A stretch of 49,865 bases of DNA from a virus (lineage: Duplodnaviria > Caudoviricetes): the IMG/VR virus record IMGVR_UViG_3300031716_000015, positions 1-49,865 of that record. One strand, given 5' to 3'. Shown here piece after piece: positions 1 to 8,197 of the stretch. The position numbers and the translations under genes were made by a program. The notes under the pieces are model-generated. The model was not told the DNA's origin. It saw nothing but the letters and a program-made list of their open reading frames with translations, and made no database searches. The stretch's first letter is position 1. Every line of letters begins with the position of its first letter.

Positions 1-159
1 GACCAGGCTGCCGATGAGAGCCGGAGTGGCGGCGGCAAGCCCGCCGCCTCCGCCGCCGACTGCCCCTACGGGCGGGGCCGGGATGTTGGGCATCAGGTCC
101 TTGCGGATCTGCTGAAGCCGCCGCAGCATCGCGCGCTCGGCGCTGATCTGCTTGAGGAC
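1..159. repeat. Terminal overlap, copy 1 (matches 49707-49865)
   Basis: 157/159 identical; mismatches at 22/49728 and 146/49852; lies inside the tape measure gene. Confidence 0.95.
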
Positions 160-477
160 GGCCTTGTCGCCCGTGTTGGCGAACTCCCGGCCGAGGACCT
201 TCAGGTGCAGGACGGTCGCGTCGATCTGCCGGTCGAGCTGGCCGAGTTCGCGCTTGTACGCCTCAGCCTCGACCTTGGCCGTCTTCGTGCCCGCCGCGGC
301 CTTTTCCGCGCCCCGGCCCGCCTTGGCGGCCTTGTCGGACATCTTGTCCAGGCCGCGGTCGGCGGCGACCACCGACGCTTCGAGCTTGCGGACGTCGTCG
401 GAAGCGCCGCGGATCTGCTTGCGGGCCTCAGCGGCCTTGACCTCCAGGGCGACCGAGACGGTACGGCGAGCAGACAC
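1..477 (-). CDS. Tape measure protein, N-terminal part (continues across the join into 49706-48021)
   Basis: GTG at 477 with GGAGG upstream; reads VSARRTVSVALEVKAAEARKQ... in frame into MLRRLQQIRKDL of the 48021..49835 ORF; follows the chaperone genes. Confidence 0.88.
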   Translation of the reverse strand, partial: MSARRTVSVALEVKAAEARKQIRGASDDVRKLEASVVAADRGLDKMSDKAAKAGRGAEKAAAGTKTAKVEAEAYKRELGQLDRQIDATVLHLKVLGREFANTGDKAVLKQISAERAMLRRLQQIRKDLMPNIPAPPVGAVGGGGGGLAAATPALIGSLV

Positions 478-480
478 CCG

Positions 481-873
481 TCACCTCCGCTCGACCCGGT
501 ACTGCAGCGCGTGCGGATGGGGGTTCTCCTTGTAGCCGTCCGCCTCCTGGGCGATGGCCGTACAGCGGTGGCAGCGGGCCGCCTCAACGCGGTACGCGTC
601 TTCGGCCTCCGGCTTGGTGCTGTCGGGAAGGTGCGCTCCGCAGCCCGTGCAGCAGGCGTCGTCGTAGGCCTGCAGCGCGAGGATCAGTGCTTGTTGCTCT
701 TCGTCCCATTCCGCTTCCGGGCGGGACGAGGCGAGCCTTCCGCCGTCGTCGTAGGAGTAGACGGTTGCGGGTTCCCATCCGTCGAATCGCTTGAGGGAGA
801 TTCCGAGCCCTCGGGCCGCTCGGACGCGGGAGCGGTAGTGCTCAGAGCCCGCGAGGCGGCCGATGAGAAAGGG
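481..873 (-). CDS. Tail assembly chaperone, frameshifted C-terminal (T) segment
   Basis: -1 frame relative to 684..1352, entered at CCCTTTC (867-873); LGISLKRFDGWEP...CxxC...CxxC, just upstream of the tape measure gene. Confidence 0.75.
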   Translation of the reverse strand, partial: PFLIGRLAGSEHYRSRVRAARGLGISLKRFDGWEPATVYSYDDGGRLASSRPEAEWDEEQQALILALQAYDDACCTGCGAHLPDSTKPEAEDAYRVEAARCHRCTAIAQEADGYKENPHPHALQYRVERR

Positions 874-1352
874 ACGTCTACACCGGCCCGGTTGACCTCC
901 CAGGCCGCGTCGACGAGGGCATCCCACTGCGCGGCCGACAGCACATCGGCCAGCAGCTCCCACTCGGCGTCGGAGATCTGCGGATCGGCGATGCAGGCCC
1001 GGGTCAGCGCCTCGAAGAACGTCTCCCGGTTGAACCCAGCCGCTGCGTCGCGGTTGTCGCCCTCGCGCGGCAGGTGGTCGGCGTAGAGCTGCGTCCACTG
1101 GCGCCGGCCGACCGCCCGGAGCCTGAACGTCGCCGATGCCGCCGCCATCTGGGCGCGGATCTCTTCGACGCGCTGCGCTGCGGCGTGAACGTCCTCACCG
1201 GCGTTGAGCGAGTTGGCGGCACGGGCCGCACGCTGCGCTTCGGCCAAGTCGGCTTCGGCGGCTTCGAAGTCGGCGGTCAGGTCGGCGCGCAGGCAGATCC
1301 GGACTTCCTTCTCCGGCAGCTTCGCGGTGTCGAGTAGTTCCTTGATGTCCAT
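684..1352 (-). CDS. Tail assembly chaperone (G)
   Basis: Between major tail and tape measure; ..WEVN..DVPF at the slippery site. Confidence 0.85.
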   Translation of the reverse strand: MDIKELLDTAKLPEKEVRICLRADLTADFEAAEADLAEAQRAARAANSLNAGEDVHAAAQRVEEIRAQMAAASATFRLRAVGRRQWTQLYADHLPREGDNRDAAAGFNRETFFEALTRACIADPQISDAEWELLADVLSAAQWDALVDAAWEVNRAGVDVPFSSAASRALSTTAPASERPEGSESPSSDSTDGNPQPSTPTTTAEGSPRPARKRNGTKSNKH

Positions 1353-1386
1353 TCCAGCCCCTCATCCAGCCCCGCAGACAGCAGAA

Positions 1387-1424
1387 GCGGGAGCACGCAC
1401 CGGGGCTGGTGGGCGTGCTCCCGC
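1387..1424 (-). promoter_or_regulatory. Stem-loop between major tail and chaperone genes
   Basis: GCGGGAGCACGC ... GCGTGCTCCCGC 12 bp inverted repeat. Confidence 0.6.
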
Positions 1425-1437
1425 GATCGGGGGACGG

Positions 1438-1917
1438 TCAGGCGATCGTCGCGCGCAGCGTCGGAGCGGCGTTGATCTTCGTCGGCACCTCGTACTTGCG
1501 GACCGAGTTCGGCTCCGGCTTGAGGAACTTCGCCTGGCCGCAGATCACCGGATAGACCTCGACCTTCTGGCTCGACGCCCAGGAGGTGGACGAGGAGACG
1601 TCGCGGCGGATGACGATGTATCCGGTCACGCCGCGCACGAGCGTGTCGTACACGGTGTCGGTGCCGGTCTGCTTCTTGAACCGCAGGGTCGTGCCGCTGA
1701 ACGAGTCGCGGCCGATCGTCAGCGTGTCGAAGGTCGAGTCCAGCGCGGTCGTGTCCACGTCCGCGGTGGTCGCCTCGAAGCCCTCCAGACCGTCGGCGGT
1801 GATCACCGACTGCAGCAGGATGCCAGCGTTCAGCTCGGTCGTGGTCGGTGCGGCGTTGTTGCTGATGGCAGGCACATACGCGACCCGCGTCATGCCATCT
1901 GCGAGGCTGTCAGCCAC
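1438..1917 (-). CDS. Major tail (tube) protein
   Basis: 159 aa Thr-rich, VPAI..APTT.EL.AG and KVEVYPV motifs of actinophage tail tubes; synteny. Confidence 0.85.
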   Translation of the reverse strand: MADSLADGMTRVAYVPAISNNAAPTTTELNAGILLQSVITADGLEGFEATTADVDTTALDSTFDTLTIGRDSFSGTTLRFKKQTGTDTVYDTLVRGVTGYIVIRRDVSSSTSWASSQKVEVYPVICGQAKFLKPEPNSVRKYEVPTKINAAPTLRATIA

Positions 1918-1920
1918 GGG

Positions 1921-2199
1921 TCACTCCTTCTCTTCGTCGCCGCTGGACGCGGGCACGGTGGACTTCGGGGCCCTCTTCGCGGGCTTCGCGGCAGCGGACG
2001 CCGACTTGGCCTGCTCGGCCTGGAACGCGGCCAGCTCGACGACGGCGGGGTTCGGCTCCGGCGGCGGGTCCTCGTCGGCGACCTGCCAGCCGCGGGCCTC
2101 GAACGCGGCTACGGCGGCGGCCGGGCATTGGAACCAGCCGGCGTGCTCGGGGTCGGTGTGGCGCATCCACACCAGTTCGTCGGGACGCAGCTCGGTCAT
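1921..2199 (-). CDS. Hypothetical virion-region protein
   Basis: MTELRPDELVWMRH... 92 aa, fills the gap in the tail operon. Confidence 0.65.
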   Translation of the reverse strand: MTELRPDELVWMRHTDPEHAGWFQCPAAAVAAFEARGWQVADEDPPPEPNPAVVELAAFQAEQAKSASAAAKPAKRAPKSTVPASSGDEEKE

Positions 2200-2204
2200 C
2201 GCGA

Positions 2205-2543
2205 TCACCCGAGCGGAAGCAGGACGCAGGTCACGGTCGTGGTGAAGCTGTGGGTGACCGTGACGACGCTGGACGACAGGTTCACCGCCCGCGGGCTGAT
2301 GTACATGACCTCGGTCGTGCCGTTGGCAACCGCGTTCGCCGTGGTGGTGGCGGCGTTGGACGCCGGCGTAAGGCTGGAGTCGGAGACGGTCACGTTGTCC
2401 GGCGAGGCGCCGCCGTTGATGATGACCAGGTAGGCGCCGAGCGCCCCGAGGTCGGAGGCCGAGATCGTGTCGGAGGCCGAGACCGCGGTAGGCGACCACG
2501 CCACCCCTGCGGCCGTCGGTCGAGTGGCAGTGAGCAGCGCCAT
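2205..2543 (-). CDS. Putative small structural protein (beta-rich)
   Basis: 112 aa Thr/Ala/Val-rich; RBS; located in tail operon. Confidence 0.7.
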   Translation of the reverse strand: MALLTATRPTAAGVAWSPTAVSASDTISASDLGALGAYLVIINGGASPDNVTVSDSSLTPASNAATTTANAVANGTTEVMYISPRAVNLSSSVVTVTHSFTTTVTCVLLPLG

Positions 2544-2620
2544 ACCGGCGCACCCCCTTTTGTCTCAATGGAGGTCCGCCGGTCGGCGGAAGAACGATGT
2601 GATCAGTGGCGAAGTGGGCC

Positions 2621-2626
2621 TACGCT
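2621..2626 (+). promoter_or_regulatory. -10 element (TACGCT) for a leaderless plus-strand transcript
   Basis: TANNNT 7 nt before ATG 2634. Confidence 0.45.
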
Positions 2627-2633
2627 GGCGCGC

Positions 2634-3074
2634 ATGTCCGGGGAGATGAAAGTCAATCGATGGCGCCTGCCGCTGCTGGTGGGCGTAGGCGTCGTTCTCG
2701 CGGTAGTGATCGCGATCGGAATCGGGACGTTGCTAGCCCACGACCAGAAGGCCGGGCGAGCCCCGGCAGCCTTCGCCTCCTCGGCCGCGTCGTCGCCGAC
2801 ACCGGCAGACCGTGGGGCCGAGGTCGCGTGCGGGCTCAACAACCTGGCAATCCAGACGGGCAGCCTCGAAGACCCGGACTCGGTCGGCGCGATAGTCGCA
2901 GCGTCGAAGGAGTCAGCAGTCGACAGCATCCGAATTCAGGCCACACTGCTCAGCGAGCAGCTGAAGATCGCCCTCGCTGCTCGCGGACAAAAGGACGCGG
3001 CGAAGTACGCGGACAAGCTGCGCGATGCCGCCGAGGATCTGCGGACCACCTGCATCAGCGCGGGCTACCTATGA
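2634..3074 (+). CDS. Membrane-anchored protein (moron)
   Basis: N-terminal hydrophobic helix LPLLVGVGVVLAVVIAIGIGTLLA, Ala/Ser/Pro linker, helical domain with two Cys; antisense to tail operon. Confidence 0.75.
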   Translation: MSGEMKVNRWRLPLLVGVGVVLAVVIAIGIGTLLAHDQKAGRAPAAFASSAASSPTPADRGAEVACGLNNLAIQTGSLEDPDSVGAIVAASKESAVDSIRIQATLLSEQLKIALAARGQKDAAKYADKLRDAAEDLRTTCISAGYL

Positions 3075-3301
3075 AGACCCTGACCGCGATCATGCGTCTG
3101 CGGTGGCTCATCGTCCTCGGCCTGCTCGCCATCGCCTGGATGACCTTCAAGCCCGTCGCCTACGTCCTCACGACCGTGGTCTGCTGCGCCGCGCCGCTCG
3201 ACCTGCTGATCACGCTGCTGCCCGGCGGCCGTCGCAAGGCGGACCAGGCTCGACGGGCACAGGTCAAGGCCGAGTCGCGGCGGATGCTCGACCAGCCCTA
3301 G
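3071..3301 (+). CDS. Small membrane protein (moron)
   Basis: ATGA overlap with the previous gene; two hydrophobic segments and a basic tail. Confidence 0.7.
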   Translation: MKTLTAIMRLRWLIVLGLLAIAWMTFKPVAYVLTTVVCCAAPLDLLITLLPGGRRKADQARRAQVKAESRRMLDQP

Positions 3302-3720
3302 CCCGGCGCCGAGATCATCGCGTAGACGACGGTCTGGACATACAGCGGCGCCGAAGCAAGCTCCGAACGCTGCGGCTGCTCGCCGGAGTCGGCCTCGAAG
3401 TAGACCATCCCGTTGTTACGCCCGGCGGTCGCCGGGACCTGGTTGAGCAGCTGCGTGCGCACCCGCCCGGCCAGCTCCTGGCAGGCCGTCTCGGTCTCGC
3501 CGACACAGTTGACGTACCAGCGGACCGTCGCGGTGACCGACAGCCCGTCCAGGGCGTTCGCGCCGCCCTCCTTCGGCCAGCCGACCGACGTGTAGGCCCG
3601 TACGTACGGCGTTGCCAAGCTCCCCGGGACGAACCCGTCGGCGTCCGGGTAGACGGTCAGGGCCGTGTCGGCGCGCAGCAGGTTCAGGCCGGCCGCGGCG
3701 AAGTCGCGTTCCAGGCTCAC
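3298..3720 (-). CDS. Tail terminator-like protein
   Basis: 140 aa, GTGA overlap, position after the gp10-like gene. Confidence 0.7.
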   Translation of the reverse strand: MSLERDFAAAGLNLLRADTALTVYPDADGFVPGSLATPYVRAYTSVGWPKEGGANALDGLSVTATVRWYVNCVGETETACQELAGRVRTQLLNQVPATAGRNNGMVYFEADSGEQPQRSELASAPLYVQTVVYAMISAPG

Positions 3721-4094
3721 GACAGCAGGTCTTCCAGCATGTCGGCCAGGGCGCGCTCGAAGCGGGGCTCCTCTGCGGCGATCGCCTCCAGCGGGCCCGG
3801 CAGCGGCGCGTTGTCGCCCAGGCCCCAGGCGATGATCGCCCCGAGCGGGCCTTGGCGCTTGTGCTCGTCGACGTAGACGTCGCCGTTCACGACGTCGCTG
3901 CTGGTCGTCACGTCGTAGCGGATCGCCCTCGGCAGGTGCGGAATGTGGGCGTGGCCCGTCCAGCGCGCCTGCCAGTCCTTCTTGATGTTGAACATGCCCT
4001 TGCCGACGACCCGCTCCGTGCGGTCGACCAGCACCTCGTCGGCGTGCTCCAGGTCGTCGATCCACGCCTGCAGCGCCCGGATGTCCACGCCCAT
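3717..4094 (-). CDS. HK97 gp10-like neck protein
   Basis: HLPRAIRYDV...QGPLGAII.WG pattern; synteny. Confidence 0.7.
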   Translation of the reverse strand: MGVDIRALQAWIDDLEHADEVLVDRTERVVGKGMFNIKKDWQARWTGHAHIPHLPRAIRYDVTTSSDVVNGDVYVDEHKRQGPLGAIIAWGLGDNAPLPGPLEAIAAEEPRFERALADMLEDLLS

Positions 4095-4095
4095 G

Positions 4096-4485
4096 TCAGT
4101 CGACCTCCTCCACGGAGATCCTGCGCGCAGTCGCCTCGGACTTGATCTGCTTGGAGCTGACCCGCAGCGTGCGGCCCACCAGTGCCGTGTCGTTGCGTGC
4201 CGCGTCGACCGTCACCTCGTCGAGGTGCCGGACATCCTCGCTGCCGACGATCGGCAGGTGCAGCTCCAGCGGCAGCACCGCCACGGTGGCCTCGCCGCCC
4301 TCGGTCGGGCTGCCCTCGCCGGACATCGTGATCCGGCACGGTCCCGAGTAGATGACGGTCTTGGCCGGGGTTACGAAACCGGCCGAGTCGGTGGTTACGC
4401 CGGTGATGCGCCGCACCGTGCAGGCGTCCATCATGCGGTTGTTCGCTGCCGCGCGGCCGTGGGCGAGGATCGTCGACAGGGACAC
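4096..4485 (-). CDS. Head-tail stopper (DUF6093-like)
   Basis: GRAAA...M.DAC.VRR...IYSGPCRI...LHLP motif. Confidence 0.75.
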   Translation of the reverse strand: MSLSTILAHGRAAANNRMMDACTVRRITGVTTDSAGFVTPAKTVIYSGPCRITMSGEGSPTEGGEATVAVLPLELHLPIVGSEDVRHLDEVTVDAARNDTALVGRTLRVSSKQIKSEATARRISVEEVD

Positions 4486-4495
4486 TTCCGCCTCC

Positions 4496-5980
4496 CTACG
4501 GCCGGTGGATGACGCCTGCGTAGGGACGCTCGACATTGCCGGATACCGGCCGGGTGGTCGATCCGGAACCCGGGCGCCCCGAAGGGTTCGCGCGCGGGAA
4601 ACTCGCCGCGAGAGCGAAGACGGAGCCGGTCAAGCTTCGGGTGGTGCTGACCTTCAGCGCTACCGCGACCGCATAAGTGCGGCCGGTCGCAGTGGACCGC
4701 TTGACGGTGGAGCCGCCGGTAAACGCCGCCGTGCTCGCCGATCCAGCCGGGGTCGCCCGCTTGACGACTGCGGCCCTCGTGGCGGTGGCGGTGGCGGTGA
4801 CGCCCTGCGGCGCGACCGCCTTGACCTGCGTGGCGCGGGCGACCGCAGCGGTCGCGCACCGGCCCGCGAGGGAGACAACCTTCACGGCGGTCGCGGTACT
4901 GGCGGGCGCCGCGAAGGTGCGCCCCGTTTCGGCCCGGGCCCCCAGGTTGCCGGTCAGGAAGGCGACCGCAGCAGTCGCGCCGGTCTTCGGTGCGACCTTA
5001 GCGGCCGTGCCCGAGGTCCGGGTGGCGGCGGCGGCGGGGCCGGACTGCGGGGCGGACTTGACCCCGGCGCCCCGGGAGAACGCTGCGGCTGCACATCGGC
5101 CCGCTACCGGTGCGACCTTGACCGCGGTCGCGTAGGAAGCGGCCGCGACCGCGGCCTGGCCGGACTGGGCGTCGACCTGCATCGTCGACGAGTCGGTGCC
5201 GGCCCACGGTGCAGGGAGACTGTCCGGTCCGGTGAACAGGCCCGGCGCCGGGCCGTCGAAATTCGGCGGAGGCGCATCGGCGGGAGTGCCGCCCGCACCG
5301 GCCGTCTTGAACGCGATCGTCAGCGCGGTGTAGTTGCGCTGCGTCAGCGTCATGACGAACGTCTTGGTGCCCGTCGCCCCGCTGGCCGACAGCTGCTGCG
5401 TCGCGCCGGAGAACGACATGCCACCCGCGTCGACGTCGTACGCCGAATTCATCCCCGACGGATAGCCGGTAACCGGGCCGGAGTCGGCTCCGCCGCCGTC
5501 GTTGACGTGGCAGATCAAGAACGCGTCCGAACTCGACGGGGACGCCGACGGGCAGATGTGCGACGTTGTCGACGTGCTCGACGAGTCGAAGGCGCCCACC
5601 GCGACGTCGATCGGGGAGCCGGTGTCCACGCCCGACAGGACGAAGACCGCAAGGCCCTTCTCCTCGTCGCCCGCCCCAGTCTCGGTCTCGGAGACGGTCA
5701 GGTCGCCGGTCGAGCCGACGATGTAGACGTACGGCTTGGCGTGCGCGAAGTTGCTACCGCCGTCAGCGGGCAGCCCCGTGCCGTTGATCGGGTTGACGCC
5801 GGATGTCGATCCGCCGACCGACGGGGTCGTCATCGCGGACAGCGCGTAGAAGTCGTTGCAATGGATGATGCACAGCACGTCGCCGGACTGCGGCTGGCGA
5901 GTGCCGGTCAGCGTGACCGACACTGCCGCGACGGTGCTGAATGCGGTTGCCGGGCTGCCGCCACGGATTGCGATCGCCAC
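4496..5980 (-). CDS. Putative fibre protein with ~20 aa Ala/Thr repeats
   Basis: 494 aa; beta-rich N-terminal domain, then about ten repeats of G..AAA....A.KVA. Confidence 0.7.
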   Translation of the reverse strand: MAIAIRGGSPATAFSTVAAVSVTLTGTRQPQSGDVLCIIHCNDFYALSAMTTPSVGGSTSGVNPINGTGLPADGGSNFAHAKPYVYIVGSTGDLTVSETETGAGDEEKGLAVFVLSGVDTGSPIDVAVGAFDSSSTSTTSHICPSASPSSSDAFLICHVNDGGGADSGPVTGYPSGMNSAYDVDAGGMSFSGATQQLSASGATGTKTFVMTLTQRNYTALTIAFKTAGAGGTPADAPPPNFDGPAPGLFTGPDSLPAPWAGTDSSTMQVDAQSGQAAVAAASYATAVKVAPVAGRCAAAAFSRGAGVKSAPQSGPAAAATRTSGTAAKVAPKTGATAAVAFLTGNLGARAETGRTFAAPASTATAVKVVSLAGRCATAAVARATQVKAVAPQGVTATATATRAAVVKRATPAGSASTAAFTGGSTVKRSTATGRTYAVAVALKVSTTRSLTGSVFALAASFPRANPSGRPGSGSTTRPVSGNVERPYAGVIHRP

Positions 5981-5996
5981 GGCAACCCCCCGCGGA

Positions 5997-6320
5997 CTAG
6001 CCGGTGTAGTTCGTGCCGGTCAGCTGCTTGGCGTTCGCGAAGTAGTTGCTCGCCCCGCCCGGGGCGAAGGAGCCGTGCGCGACCACATACAGGCCGGACG
6101 TGCCGCCGAGGTCGGCGAAGCTGTCGCGCAGCACCTTCACGTCGCCGGTCGACGCCGACCCGGTGATCCCGATGCCGTTGAGGTACGCGTCGCTGTGGGT
6201 CGCGTCGTCGAGCCACAGCTTGAACCGGCGCACCTGGTCCAGCGCGTCCCACAGGTTCGTGACCAGCGCACCGGCCTTGTTGTTCACGTCGGCGGCAGCG
6301 ACGGGATATCCGACAGCCAT
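5997..6320 (-). CDS. Hypothetical structural-region protein
   Basis: 107 aa with RBS (GAGGA). Confidence 0.7.
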   Translation of the reverse strand: MAVGYPVAAADVNNKAGALVTNLWDALDQVRRFKLWLDDATHSDAYLNGIGITGSASTGDVKVLRDSFADLGGTSGLYVVAHGSFAPGGASNYFANAKQLTGTNYTG

Positions 6321-6345
6321 GATGTCCTCTCGATCGGCGGGACGG

Positions 6346-6870
6346 TCAGTTGAGCTGCTCGACCAGGAAGTGGTGGCAGGTGATCGTGTTCGACGCCGAC
6401 GAGGTGCCCCACTGCGCGCCGACCGTGAGGGCCTTCGCCGCGGTGGTGTCGATCGTCGCCGTGGCCGGGGCGGTGGCGGGCATCATGTTCGTCGCCGTCG
6501 TCGAGATGTTCTCCGCGACGCCGATCGCCAGTGCCGTACCGGACGAGCCGATCGTGCGCACCCGCACCTCGGCGGTCGCCCGCCAGGTCTGGTTCGTCAC
6601 CCCGGACGGGGTCGTCACCGCCGACGTGGCGCACAGGGCGACCCCGGCGACCGCGCCGTAGTAGAAGCCGATCAGCAGCGTCGGCGTACCCGTCGTCGAG
6701 AACCGGCCCGCCGCCGTGAACTTCAGCGTCGTACCCGGCAGGAGCAGGTTCGCGGGCAGAGTGATGTTCGGCGTCGGCGAGATGTCAGTCAGCGTCGTCG
6801 AGGTGGCGAGCGCGGAACCGTCGGCGATATGGAACGGCGGGAGGATCGTCTCCCAGAACTGGACAGCCAC
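6346..6870 (-). CDS. Putative virion beta-sandwich protein
   Basis: 174 aa Thr/Ala-rich. Confidence 0.7.
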   Translation of the reverse strand: MAVQFWETILPPFHIADGSALATSTTLTDISPTPNITLPANLLLPGTTLKFTAAGRFSTTGTPTLLIGFYYGAVAGVALCATSAVTTPSGVTNQTWRATAEVRVRTIGSSGTALAIGVAENISTTATNMMPATAPATATIDTTAAKALTVGAQWGTSSASNTITCHHFLVEQLN

Positions 6871-6871
6871 C

Positions 6872-7525
6872 TCAGACTCCCGTCACGTCGAGCACAAGAG
6901 CGCCGATCGCTGCGGTGATCTGCCCCTGCGCGCCGAATACCTCGGGGACCACCTTCTGGAAGAACAGCTCGCCCTGGCCGGTGATGTTGATCGCCGAGCC
7001 GCCCGACGTGGTCGCGACCTTGAACACGTCGGTCGTCAGGCCCGAGGCGAGGACGAAGTAGATCGTGCCCTCGGTCAGGCCGGTCGGGATCGACTCGGAG
7101 AAGACGTTGAACAGCATCACCCGGTCATCGGTCGTCAGACCGTGCCCCGACGAGGTGATCGTGTCGTTGGTGACGCCGGTCGAGTCGACCTCACCGAAGC
7201 CCTTCACCGAACCGCCGAACGGCGCGTAGCCGCGGAAGTTCGACGTGTTGCCCGTCGAGGCGTTCCAGTAGGTGAAGAAGCCATACGTCCCGGCCGGGAC
7301 GTCGAACGTCAGCGCGCCGGTGTTCGACTTCGTACCGCTGGACGCCGCACCCCAGGTGACCGCCTGCCGGGCGTACGCCGGCGAGCCGCCGGTCGCCTCG
7401 GTGCCGGTCGCGTTCGTTCCCGTGCCGGGATCGCCGAGCTGGTGGATCCCGACGTGCGTTATCTGGGTCGCCGACTCGTCGAGGGCGTCGAGCATGGCGT
7501 TCTGTGCGGTCACGTTGAAGGCCAC
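6872..7525 (-). CDS. Putative fibre/appendage-associated virion protein
   Basis: N-terminal DPG....E.TGGS.AYARQAVTW..ASSG motif typical of phage fibre-associated proteins; C-terminal HGLTT.DRV...GL..GT.YFV module. Confidence 0.65.
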   Translation of the reverse strand: MAFNVTAQNAMLDALDESATQITHVGIHQLGDPGTGTNATGTEATGGSPAYARQAVTWGAASSGTKSNTGALTFDVPAGTYGFFTYWNASTGNTSNFRGYAPFGGSVKGFGEVDSTGVTNDTITSSGHGLTTDDRVMLFNVFSESIPTGLTEGTIYFVLASGLTTDVFKVATTSGGSAINITGQGELFFQKVVPEVFGAQGQITAAIGALVLDVTGV

Positions 7526-7534
7526 GGACCCTCC

Positions 7535-7924
7535 TCAGTTCGTCAGCGGGTTGAACACGGACGGGTTGACCGCGGTCCAGGACCAGTCCCAGTCCGGGAA
7601 GGAACCTTGGGGCTGCGTCGCCCCGGTGGCATACGCAGCCTTCGCGGCGGCAAGGATCTCCTTGCGCCGCTCGGCGGAGTACGCAACGGAGTGATCGTCC
7701 AAGGACTCGCTACTCAGGCCCGACGGATTGAAGTACGCGATCGCTGCCAGCTCGATCGCGTACGCCCACAGGTCGTCGGGGACCGGGTCGGGCCACGTGG
7801 TGAGGCCCGTGGCCGACATCAGCCATCCGGACGCGTACCGGCGCACCCGGGTCGCGGTCTCGGTGTCCACTTCGGGCACCTGAAGCCACGACGGCAGATC
7901 GATCAGATCGAAGATGTCGGCCAC
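7535..7924 (-). CDS. Head-to-tail adaptor
   Basis: AY.NP.GL.SESLDDHSV.Y motif; follows the capsid genes. Confidence 0.75.
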   Translation of the reverse strand: MADIFDLIDLPSWLQVPEVDTETATRVRRYASGWLMSATGLTTWPDPVPDDLWAYAIELAAIAYFNPSGLSSESLDDHSVAYSAERRKEILAAAKAAYATGATQPQGSFPDWDWSWTAVNPSVFNPLTN

Positions 7925-7933
7925 GAGGGGCTC

Positions 7934-8197
7934 CTACGCCGCGGTCTTCTTGGCGACGGCCTTCTTCGGCTCGTCGGCCTTGGCCTCCGGCTCGGCCGGT
8001 ACCTCGTCGAACGGCGGGGTGTCCGAGACGACCACGTCCTCGTCGACGACCGCGCCCTTGCGGACCAGCCGGGCCAGGTCGTCGGCGTCCGCACCGGCCG
8101 GAACCGGAGCGTCCTTGTAGAACTCGCGCAGCACCAGAGCACCGTCGGTACCGCGGACCTTGAGCGTGACGTACGGCCACGCGAACTTCTGCGTCAC
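7934..8197 (-). CDS. Small capsid-associated protein
   Basis: GTGA overlap with the capsid stop; L..L...GAV motif and Lys/Ala tail. Confidence 0.65.
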   Translation of the reverse strand: MTQKFAWPYVTLKVRGTDGALVLREFYKDAPVPAGADADDLARLVRKGAVVDEDVVVSDTPPFDEVPAEPEAKADEPKKAVAKKTAA

